Program-made: the position numbers and the translations under genes
Part shown: positions 53,000 through 64,000 of the stretch, in pieces
Layout: each line of letters starts with the position of its first letter
Numbering within the stretch: the first letter of the stretch is position 1
Source: Octopus sinensis
Taxonomy: Eukaryota
Reading direction: 5' to 3'
DNA length: 64,000 nucleotides
Assembly: GCF_006345805.1 (NCBI RefSeq)
Contig: NW_021833038.1
Span: 1 to 64,000 of the forward strand
Notes under the pieces: generated by a model
What the model was told of the DNA's origin: nothing
The model's input: only the letters and a program-made list of their open reading frames with translations
The model's database searches: none

Positions 53000-54350
53000 T
53001 GTATGTATGTATGTATGTATGTATGTATGTGTATATGTATATATATAGAGAGAGATATATATGTATGTATATATACATATATATACATATATACATTTAT
53101 AGATATGTATGTATGTATATATATATAATATATATCTATATATATACGTGCATATACACCGAGACATAAACTCACTCACACACTCATCTAGATACATTAG
53201 TATATATCTAAATATAAATTTATATATATATATGTATACGTGTTTGTGTATATTCATACATACACCTATACGCACACATACGCACGGACACAGTCATATA
53301 GACATAAATACAACTAAATACACCTATATATGTACGCATGCACACTTACGAATGTGTATGCATATATATATATATATACATACACTTATATATATATACA
53401 CTTATATATATATATATATTTGTATATATATATATGTATATATATGTATATATATGTATGTATATATATACACTTATATATATATATGTATATATACATA
53501 TATGTGTGAATGCACATATATATATATATATATATATCATATACATATATACGCACACACATACACACAGATTAATGTGTGTGTATGTGTGTGTCTTTAT
53601 ATACATGTGTGCAAGAGTGTGTTTCTACAGACATGTGTGCGTGTATATATATATATATATATATTATATGTGTGTGTGTGTGTGTGTATACACACGCCTG
53701 CGCTTGCGCGCGTACGCACTCACGTACACACACATACACATATACACGCGCACACACATACACACAGTGAACTGGTCTGGTTGACAATGTAAATATGTTG
53801 CCGCGTTGTATAATAGCCAGGTGTACTAATCACCATATTGGTTAAAGGGCTTTTCACCTCAGGTATGTTGACTGTTTATTCAGGTGAAAGTTGTTCTTTT
53901 CAGAAGAGAACGACAGACAAACGGACAGACACACAGGCAAACAGACTGGCAGACGGGCAGACAGGCGGACGGATTGGCGGTTTAAAAGATATCGCCAGCT
54001 ATGGCGGACTGATCGCTTTCTTTAAAAGCTACATTCGTATATAAATATATAGGCTTGCAATTCTCCTGAACACTTTAATATATATCTCTCATTCGCGCCC
54101 CACCCCACCTTTTCCTTTTCTTTCCCGCTCTCTCTCTCTCTCTCTCTCTCTCTCCTCATTCTCTCTCTCTCTCTCATTCTCTCTTCTTCTCAATCTCTTT
54201 CTATCTCTATTTCTCTCTCTCACTCTCAATGTCTGCCCGTATGAGTGAGTGTGATTTTAGAAGACAGAGAAAGAGACAGATAGGACGCCTCTCTCTGTTT
54301 CTCTTACTCAATCTCTCTCTCTCTCTCTCTCGTGATATATGTTATGTATG

Positions 54351-54427
<77 letters not shown>

Positions 54428-54713
54428 TAATATGTATATGTATATATATATTCGTACACACACACATGAGAGAGATTAAGAGCATATATATGTATATATG
54501 TATATGCACATATATACACAGACACATAGCTGTATGGCATTATCACATGGTTCTGGGTTCAGTCCCACTGCGTGGCACCTTGGGCAAGTGTCTCCTACTA
54601 TAGCTTCAGGCCAACCAAAGCCTTGAGAGTGGATTTGGTAGACTGAAACTGAAAGAATCTCATCATATATATGTGTGTGTACGTGTGTGTGTGTGTGTGT
54701 GTGTGTGTCCGTG

Positions 54714-54803
<90 letters not shown>

Positions 54804-55036
54804 AGAGAGTGATGCATAGAAAGATAGATAAATAGACAGACAGACAGATAGAATGGCAAATATGATAGATAGATAGATGAATAACAGACAGACAGTTCCA
54901 GTAAATGTATTTCAGTTGTTAATTGAAATAGCCATCAGTACATCATACTTAATGTACACACACACATACATATATATAATATATATATATATATTATATA
55001 ATATAATATATATTATATATATATAATATATATATA

Positions 55037-55240
55037 TAAAATTAATTTATTATATAGAAGGAGCTTCTACAGGACTAGAACTGTTTCATTCAAGAGAAAT
55101 CTTCAGGAAGCATTCAAGATTTCTCTTGAATGAAACAGTTCTAGTCCTGTAGAAGCTCCTTCTATATAATAAATTAATTTTACTCTGCTATGTATTGAGT
55201 ACCTTATTTACTGTGGTTAACCCCGAATCAACCCGGGACC

Positions 55241-55242
<2 letters not shown>
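55037..55242. mobile_element. Fold-back insert: perfect 67-bp inverted repeat (55037-55103 / 55116-55182) with a 12-nt loop
   Basis: Arms are exact reverse complements by inspection; (AT)n on both flanks. Confidence 0.9.
55063..55111 (-). ncRNA. Type I hammerhead motif
   Basis: GCTTC-CTGAAGA-TTTCTCTTGAAT-GAAAC-AG..CT-GTA-GAAGC: 5-bp stem I, 4-bp stem III, weak stem II (TTC/GAA, T.T closing mismatch). Confidence 0.65.
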
Positions 55243-55281
<39 letters not shown>

Positions 55282-55469
55282 TTTGCTAGGCCAGGTACAG
55301 CTGTTTCCACCCGTAATAGAATCTCTCATGGACATGTAGTGTCCCAAAAACTCAACACACATTGGAAGATTTCGGGTCTAAAGTTAGAGTCATGGTCAAC
55401 ATGTGTGTGTGTGTGTGTGGTTGGCAGTATTTGAATTCTTTGTGGTCAATGGTGTGGTGTTGTACGTCT

Positions 55470-55775
55470 TTTGGTCGTGGAAGCGCCATCCAACCAAAAT
55501 GCAAATATATGGGAAACTACCACATGTGTCATCTCCAGTTTGCTGGACATTGTTGTAGAGCTGAAAAAGAAGTAATTTCTGCTCTTCTCCTCTGGAAGCC
55601 ATCTACTCGCAATACCAGAGGGCGCACACTCTCCTACCCTGATGTAATCTCCAGGGATACAGGCATCCAGCAACAGGACCTCCGTAATGCCATGATGGAC
55701 CGTGAAGTCTGGCGTAGCATGGTCAATTCCATTGTCTCGACCACGGTCGAACAATGATGATGATGATGGTGATGG
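55470..55775 (+). pseudogene. RTE-group LINE 3' end
   Basis: WKRHPTKMQIYGKLP, LQFAGHCCRA...LLWKP...RGRTLSYPDVISRDTG...AMMDREVWR; (TGA)n tail. Confidence 0.85.
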
Positions 55776-56559
55776 TTTGGTCGTTTATCTCGAGTGTTTG
55801 GTTCTCAAAATGACACCGTGTCAAATATGGTAACGGAATAAGAGAACATATGGGAAAGACAAGTCTGCTGTGTTTCTTTGCGACAGTGTGTACGTGTGTG
55901 TACGTGTGTGTGTGTGTATGTGTGTGTCTGTGTGTGTGTGTGTCTGTGTGTGTGTGCACGTGCTGCGCGTGTGTGCGAGTGCGCTCGTTCACAAAGCAGA
56001 TTGCCCGTCGTGGGACATATGTTTGAACCTGTTTCAAAACTTGTTCTCCGGTGTAATCTCTGCGGTGTCGAGAGAGAGCAACAGTGGGGTTGATGACGTA
56101 AGGGGTAGCGGAGCAACATCAACACTATCAAACACAATAACAGCATCATCGTCATCATCATCATCACCATCATCATCTTCAACATCACCATCGTCATCAT
56201 CATCATCATAACCATCATCACCATCATCATCTCCACCACTGTCATACCAGGAATAGCAACAGCAACCACAAACACATGAACATCAAAAAACAGTCATCAA
56301 ATGAAATATTTTCAACATTACTCGTGTTGGAACAACATAAAAACGGTTCATTCTCTTTCTCTTCTCTCCCCGGGTGAGATGAAAAGATAAAACAGCCTGC
56401 TACCCCCAGTGAGTTTTGAACTCAGAATCTTCGAGTATCACCAAAAATACATAGATATATTCAGGCCAACCATGGGGTCTCTCTCTATGTCGTCTCCAAC
56501 TTCTAGAAATAGTCTTGAATCAAACACACACAACGCTACCGACAGCTAAATAATCCTGT

Positions 56560-56740
56560 CTAGTGAAGGCAGCACAAGGCTTGAAATTTGGCAGGAGGGG
56601 ATTGGTCGGTTACATCGACCCCAGTGTTTCACTGGTACTTAATTTATCGACGCCGAAACGATGGAGCACGGCGAAATTTGAACTCAGAACGTAGCGACGG
56701 ACGAAATACCATAAAGCATTTCGTCCGGCGTGCTAATGAA
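56560..56740 (-). mobile_element. SINE family A (tail ii)
   Basis: ATCGACCCCAGTG, ATTTGAACTCAGAACG, GCATTTCGTCCGGCGTGCTAA. Confidence 0.8.
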
Positions 56741-56808
56741 TTTGAACTCAGGATGTAAAGTTCGGAAGTAACAAATAATAATTATAAGACTGGACGTATG
56801 TAAGTGTG

Positions 56809-56890
<82 letters not shown>

Positions 56891-57279
56891 CATGAAAGTG
56901 TGTGTGCATGTATGTACATAAGTATGTGCGTGTATATATATATATGTATGTATGAATTTATGTTTATGTATGGATATATGCATACACACACACACACACA
57001 TATGTGTGTGTGTGTGGCTGATGACGTAATTCCTGTTCCATTATTATTTATTGATTACGCTCTGTACTCAACTGATGCTTCATCCGGAAGCAAAAGAATA
57101 TTGAGTTTTAAAACCAGGTAATTAGTGTGGCCATGCTGAGGCAACATGTCTTCTATCTACCTATCTATCTATTTATCTATCTATCTACCTATCTATCTAT
57201 TTATCTATCTATCTACCTATCTGTCTGTCTGACTCTCTCTCTCTCTCTCTCTTTCTCTCCCTCCCTCTTTGTCTATCTA

Positions 57280-57975
57280 CAGAGTGTTCCAGCTAAATTT
57301 GACACAATATTCCATCCAAAATAAATGTATTTTAAAACCTCAAAACATATTGACAAGATTCTAGCAGGGAAATAGCAGCTTAGTGAAAGCAAGGCCACAT
57401 GAGGGTCCCAGAGCCGGGTGCATGCGTTGCTCCTCGCTGGGTCCATGGGAAGACCTTTGAACACTTCCTTGATCTTAGCCATCAACTCAGCTTTGATATT
57501 TCAGGCTGAGTGATTGATTGTCTTTCTCGACTGTTCTTCACACATGGCATAACAGTCGAGGAAATTAGCAGGACAGAAACAGGTTGATGAAGTAGAAACT
57601 CTCCGACGACCAGTTGTAATTCTTTCTGGAGGTATGGCAAGGAGCCGAACATTGCTGGCACACATATGGCTTTCTTGCAGCGACCCTTTGCTGCCAGGGA
57701 CCACAGTCGCCACCAGCTTCACATCGCTGTCTGAATTGAGCCGACGTCTCTATTCGAAGTTGTGTGTTCCGGCGTTCGGGTGCCATCGGGAGCACTTGTT
57801 GTGTCCCTTTCTGCGAGTCACAGCTTCGGAGTCATCCACGTCAGTCAACGTGTTTTCGACTATAGTTTAAGCCTTATGCCCTCCAACGCCGTTGACTCTT
57901 TAGCAATACATTAAGCTGTTCCTGACACAGAAAAAGAGACATAAAATAGCTATCATATTTAGCCTGAACACTCTG
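57280..57975 (-). mobile_element. Internally deleted maT/Tc1-like (DD37D-type) transposon, 696 bp
   Basis: TIRs CAGAGTGTTCCAGCTAAAT / ATTTAGCCTGAACACTCTG, TA at left; translation VAARKPYVCQQCSAPCHTSRK and AELMAKIKEVF. Confidence 0.85.
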
Positions 57976-58152
57976 CATACATAAATACATACATAAATAC
58001 ATACACACATACATACAAACATACATACATACGTACATACATACATACATACATACATACATACATACACACATTCATATATACAGTCATTACATACATA
58101 CAAACATATGTATATGTATATATATATATATGTATATGTATATATATATAAG

Positions 58153-58194
<42 letters not shown>

Positions 58195-58231
58195 TATATA
58201 CTGACGTACATATATACTTATGTATACATAC

Positions 58232-58294
<63 letters not shown>

Positions 58295-58295
58295 T

Positions 58296-58326
<31 letters not shown>

Positions 58327-58394
58327 TGACGTACATATATAATTATGTATACATACATACATACATACATACATACATACATACATACATGCAT

Positions 58395-58425
<31 letters not shown>

Positions 58426-58461
58426 TATATAATATATATATATATATAATATATATATATA

Positions 58462-58507
<46 letters not shown>

Positions 58508-58894
58508 CATACAATTGCAATTGATTATCTGCTGAGTGTTATGGAGAAATCGGTTATAAGCGATGATAAACATTTTCATGTTGGAATTCCAAACAACGAA
58601 CGCAGCACTGAGAAATTATGTTGGCACTTAGATGGATAAACATGCGTGTAGTCAGGTAATTATGTCGATGTGTAGATAGGTAGACAGGCGGGTTGCATAG
58701 CGAGGTAGATATGTACATAGGTAGGTACATAAGACTTCAGGTCGGCAGGAGGGCAGAATAGATGGGTGTGCGGCTATTGGTAGGTGCGTGTATGGAGAGG
58801 GGGAGAGACAGAGAAAGAAAAAGAAAGAGGTGAACGGATTGTCAGTGTCAGAATAGTACGAGGCCAAACACACACACACATGTATGTATACCTG

Positions 58895-58975
<81 letters not shown>

Positions 58976-59419
58976 GTGTGTATACGTATAGACACACCTA
59001 TGCATAACATTTACATAGCACATTGAAGCGCTTGGTGTTTACCGAATATCATAAACAGTTTATGTTGGCGAAGAATCTTTAGCGTGTATCAATGACAGTT
59101 TTAAGCGAGTGGAATCCATACATACGTACATACGCACTCGCACACACACACACACACACACACATACAACAGTACACACACACATACACATGCACACACA
59201 CACACACACACATGCATACATATACACTACGTATGTAGGAAAAATCGAAAGGGGACATTGAAACGATTAAAACCACAGAACAAATAAACGAAGGACACAG
59301 CCACGAAAACCAGGGAGTGAGCCGACACTTTCGAAGCGCTTAAAGTCTAGCGACTCTCTCTCTATCTATCTATCTATCTATCTCTCTCTCTCTCTCACTC
59401 CCTCTCTTTCTCTCTCTAT

Positions 59420-59767
59420 CTTCATTGGCCGTCTGAGTAGAAGGAATCCAGTGGTTGTAGATGATAGCCTTGCTTATTAAAAGGGGGATCATCGTGATCT
59501 CCGTGGACTCACTTTGTCTAGACTCTTGGGCCAGAGAAAAACAGATGCTCAGCGAAATACGAGTTAATCCAAAAGCCATCTGTAGCATTTCATATGAGTT
59601 TTTACTCAGAGCTTTGTTATAGCCATCTCCTCCTTCAATCTGAAATAACAAAAGGTGGCAGGTCAGATTATTAGATGTATAGTAAATAATAGACTAAACT
59701 TACAATAATCCAGGACGCTTACTACTCCTAAAAAAGTACCAAAACTTCAAGAATGCACTTCGTGTAT
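59420..59767 (-). pseudogene. Mariner 5' remnant (internally deleted)
   Basis: KNSYEMLQMAFG and IIYNHWIPSTQTANE resemble mariner ETYGMLQTAFG and MIYMHWVPTGQTVNKE; TIR-like AAAGTACCAAAACTTC..CTTCG at 59735-59765. Confidence 0.6.
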
Positions 59768-59820
59768 ATGTATATCTATCTGTCTGTCTGTCTGTCCGTC
59801 TGTCTATCTATCTATCTATC

Positions 59821-62285
59821 TGTGTTGGAGCCGCGAGAGAGGCCCGGGTGGCAGAGGCGCAACAGGGCAACAAAGCCACCATTCGGTCACTGGTAGATGA
59901 ACAGGGGCGCGAATTGCTCGAGCCAAGTAAAATGTGTGAGGCCTTTCAGCAGCATTTTGCCCGACTGTTCGGGACGAGTGGAGGGCAAGAAAGAACGTAG
60001 GGTGGACTTCAGTGCCTACCTACATAGCCTGCCACGACTCTCGACAAGAAAGGCAGGGTGCTGCGAAGGTGCCATCACGGTGGCGGAAGTGCAGGAAGCG
60101 ATAGCAGAATGCTCGAGGGACAAATCACCGGGTTTGGATGGTCTACCCTACGAGCTTTACAATTGTATGCCAGACTTGTTTGGAGACGTCTTGGTAGCGG
60201 TATACTGCAACTGGCAGCAAAACGGGAGCATACCCGGTTTTGTGAGTCGAGGAGCTGTAACTCTGCTAAAGAAAGATCCAAACAAGGGAAACATTATAGA
60301 TAACTTTAGACCAATCACGCTGCTCAATGCAGACCTGAAAATTTTGACAAAGGTGTTAGCCAAGAGGTTGGCGCTTGTCATCGAGAAACTGGTCGACAAC
60401 GCACAAACGTGCGCCGTGCCGGGCCGGAGCATCCATGACAACCTCCATATGATGCGCTACATCATAGACAGGGTAGTTAACGAACCTGGCATGGGTGGGG
60501 CCCTGATCAACTTGGATCAATCGAAAGCCTTTGATAGGGTAGACCATCGATACTTGGAGGCAGTCCTGAGAGCGGCTGGTTTCAGTCCCGTCTTCCGCGG
60601 CTGGATAGCTGCCTTGTACAGAGGCATCCGTTCGGTAATTCGCGTAAATGGACATCTATCGAGACCTCGGCACCTGGAGAAGCAAGCCCATGCCGTCCAC
60701 CAGTACCTCCGTCGTGGGACGCTGGACAGACGGCCCGGTTGAGTTGCTCGGGGTCTGGTTCGGTCCGGACCTCCAAATGGAGAAGAACTGGAACGAGATA
60801 ACGAGTAGGGTGGTCACTCTCGCCCAGCAATGGGCCGAGAGGAAACTGTCCCTAAAAGGTCGGGCGGAGGTGGTGAACGCGTACATCGCGTCCATCATCT
60901 ACTACCGCCTGACCGTCGTACCTTGTCCCGACCCTACCATCACCAAACTAGAACGCATCCTCTTCCGCTTCTTGTGGAAAGGATGCGTCCCGATGGTCAG
61001 GCGATCCATTTGCTGTCAACACCCGTTAAAAGGAGGGCTGGGCATGCCGTGGTTGATGATGCGCAGACACGCGCTGAGACTACGACATCTCCGGCTCTAT
61101 GTAGACGACGGTGAACAGGTGTGGTCGCCGTTTGTGAGGCACGCATTCCCGCAACTCGTCTCCATGACCGAACTACAGTCGTGGATCAAAAAGAGGCCGA
61201 GGAAGGGCGATTGGCACCGCGAGTGTCGCGTTGCTCTCAAGCAACTCTGCCGTCCCGGTCGACCTTGAGTGACTTCAACACAACCAAAGCATTCTATAGG
61301 GGATTAGTGGAGGGGAGGTACGACGACGAGCTCGGGGCACACCTGGGCGTCGACGAGGAATACCTGACCCGCCTGTTTCAAACGACTTTCGGCCCGGGAC
61401 CTATGGACAACTTCCAGAGATCCCTGGCCTGGCGGTGCTACCGAGAAGCGCTACCCGTTCGGGATAAGCTCTATAGGCATGGCTCGAGAAACACGGGGCC
61501 GACCTGCCCGAGATGCGGTCAGAGCGACGAACCGCTCTGCACGCAATCGTGCAGTGTCCAGCAATTTCCGACCTGTGGGCTTATGTCGAACGACTGCTGT
61601 CACGTGTGGGACGTGTCGGTTTATCAGCCGAGTCTATCGTTAATATCGTCACGCCTCCTTCCTTCAAACGGGAAGAAGAGCTATTTTTATCATACTTGTG
61701 GCTATGGCGAAAGAATGTATCTGGTGGACGCGCCTGAAAGGATTAGAGACAAACACTTTCCTCTCTGGTCAATCTCTCATCAACTTCTTCAAGTATCACT
61801 TGAAGAGGAAAGTGAGAGTAGAGAGGCAAGTTTTGTCTAGTGAATGTTATAAAAAAAGATGGGTGAATGTAGCAAGGATGGCACGTATGAATGACGAAGC
61901 CACCTTGACTATGATTCTATGACCATAAAATTTAATACAGAGAGTTGCTTATTTGCAAAAAAAAAAAAGAAATATAACATGTGACTTCATTGACCGAGGT
62001 TACCGTGGTCTTTTCCGTAGGCTTTTCTTTCCACGGGTAAACCTCACCTGTCCTCCCCTTTACACTTCATATTGACATTTCTGTGATAACGATCCCTATT
62101 ATTCATTTTTGTTTTCTCCCCCCCCCCCTTTTTTTAACCCCTCCCCTTTTTTGTCCTTTTTCTTTCCTTTTACGATCCCTTTTGATCGAAAACCACCACT
62201 CTCCTTCTTTTTACCCCCAAAAGAAAAGCTCTACCTTGTAATTTGTTCTATCTGTGTGCAGCCCTGTGTGGCTAATAAAGAAACA
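59821..62285 (+). mobile_element. 5'-truncated Tx1/L1-clade LINE (RT pseudogene)
   Basis: KSPGLDGLP, NFRPITLLNADLKIL, LDQSKAFDRVDH, GGLGMP, CPRC...H...C knuckle; pyrimidine-rich 3' UTR with AATAAA; RT core deleted at ~60667; (TATC)4 on both flanks. Confidence 0.92.
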
Positions 62286-62302
62286 TATCTATCTATCTAT
62301 CT

Positions 62303-62711
62303 TACTTCTACTCTGATGACGAACAAAGGAGCACTTTGTAGAGGTTTTGAGAGAAGTCAGGAAAAGATTTCGCCAGAAAATGCCAGAGTAGTTTCTCAGG
62401 AAAACGAACCAGTTAGCAATTCCAAACTGGTCACCAACTACTTTCCAGAGATGGGCATCAAATCCGTCCCTTCACCCTCCCCAAGTTCAGACATTGCACC
62501 CTGTGATTTTTGGTTGCTTCCCAATTTTAAAGAGAAGATGGAGGAGGTTGTGTCAAGGATCACGGTCACCTTCACTTCGCAGGTCTTCCATAGGGCCTTC
62601 ACAAAGTGGATGGAACGTTACATGTACACAGAAGTCAGAGGAGATAAAGATTTCGTACTTCTTTGAAATGTCTTTCCTGCAAAAGTATCAAAACTTCTAG
62701 AAAGAACCTCG
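62303..62711 (+). pseudogene. Mariner transposase 3' remnant with terminal TIR
   Basis: QENEPVSNSKLVTNY...SSDIAPCDFWLLP (YSPDLAPCDF motif); end AAACTTCTAGAAAGAACCTCG-TA. Confidence 0.85.
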
Positions 62712-63357
62712 TACATATATCTCGGTAGTTGCAATAATACAGTTCACACACGCATATTCATATTGGCTCGTACATAAATTCACTTTATAGCAACAATACT
62801 ATACAAATAAATAAAAAAAAGCAACAACAACAAAAACACAAACGAAATATATATAAAAAAAAGAGTGGAACATTTATTCTTCGAACGATGTTTCTGTGAG
62901 TTCTTCCTGCATATATAAACTATAAATGTACGACGTATCTGGTCGGCTTTTACCATATTCCTGACACTTATGCAACCAATTCCTATCATTATCTGCAGCA
63001 AATTGTCTTCCACTGGAAATCGTAAAAATGTATGTTTAGGAAACTGTCACATGCGTAGAGAGATCGCTGAAATGGACAGCTCTGGGCAGGTCGGATTGGC
63101 ATACGAGCACATGCATATTTATACACACACACACACAACACACACGTACAAATATATGAACACACACACATTTATATTTATATGTACATACATATATATA
63201 TATAAACATATATATATACATATATATATATAAGCATATATACATATATATATATATATATACATCTAAACATATATATATATAAGCATACATATATATA
63301 TATAGGGAGAGAGAGAGAGAGAGACATATATATAAACATATATTATATATATAATAT

Positions 63358-63402
<45 letters not shown>

Positions 63403-63579
63403 ATATATACCCACACAATATATATATATAGTCTTACAAGGTAAGGTTGTAAAAATTTAACGTGATTCGGATGGGAACAAGTAAATTTATACAGATAGAT
63501 TTGAAATATGAGAATGTACTGTATGTACGAATGTATACACACACACACGTGTATACATGAATATATCTGGATGCGTCGG

Positions 63580-63613
<34 letters not shown>

Positions 63614-63686
63614 AATCTATCTAAATAGCTATGTATATATCCCTATAAATCGCTCTTTCTCTCTATCTTTCACTAATTTACATATA

Positions 63687-63918
63687 TATTTCTTTATTGC
63701 CTACAAGGGGCTAAACACAGAGGGGACAAACAAGGACAGACAAAGGGATTAAGTCGATTACATCGACCCCAGTGCGAAACTGGTACTTTTATTTATCGAC
63801 CCCGAAAGGATGAAAGGCAAAGTCGACCTCGGCGGAATTTGAACTCAGAACGTAACGACAGACGAAATACTGCTAAGCATTCCGCCCAGCGCGCTAACGT
63901 GTCTGCCAGCTCGCCGCC
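63687..63918 (-). mobile_element. SINE family A, full length, tail type i
   Basis: Reverse complement of the 404-635 copy. Confidence 0.9.
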
Positions 63919-64000
63919 TAATTTACATATAAATGTGCGTACGTGTTTGTTTGTGCGTGCACGAGTGTAGATATATATATAACTCATTGCATATAATCGG

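Overview
AT-rich eukaryotic genomic DNA saturated with microsatellites. The SINE families and repeat landscape suggest an Octopus genome (inference, not verified). No host protein-coding gene can be supported. Almost all ORFs in the supplied track are microsatellite artefacts, and the real coding remnants belong to transposons. Those remnants are a 5'-truncated Tx1/L1-clade LINE (59.8-62.3 kb), an older Tx1 remnant, CR1/L2, RTE and R4/Dong 3' ends, mariner and maT fragments, hAT and mariner-type MITEs, a Helitron, a Helentron-like element and many tRNA-derived SINEs. The most striking signal is a set of type I hammerhead ribozyme (HHR) motifs in ORF-less, Penelope/retrozyme-like inserts. Four unrelated inserts share one architecture: head-to-head inverted arms whose 3' ends run outward into (AT)n tracts. 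The largest (24347-26291) consists of tandem ~562-bp HHR-containing units on both arms, as expected from twin-primed reverse transcription of a circular or multimeric self-cleaving RNA. A tRNA-headed SINE with an HHR body and two in-window SINE-LINE tail matches (one to a Tx1 LINE) are also present. All structure and homology calls were made by eye and have not been computed. SINE family labels A-E are my own working names.
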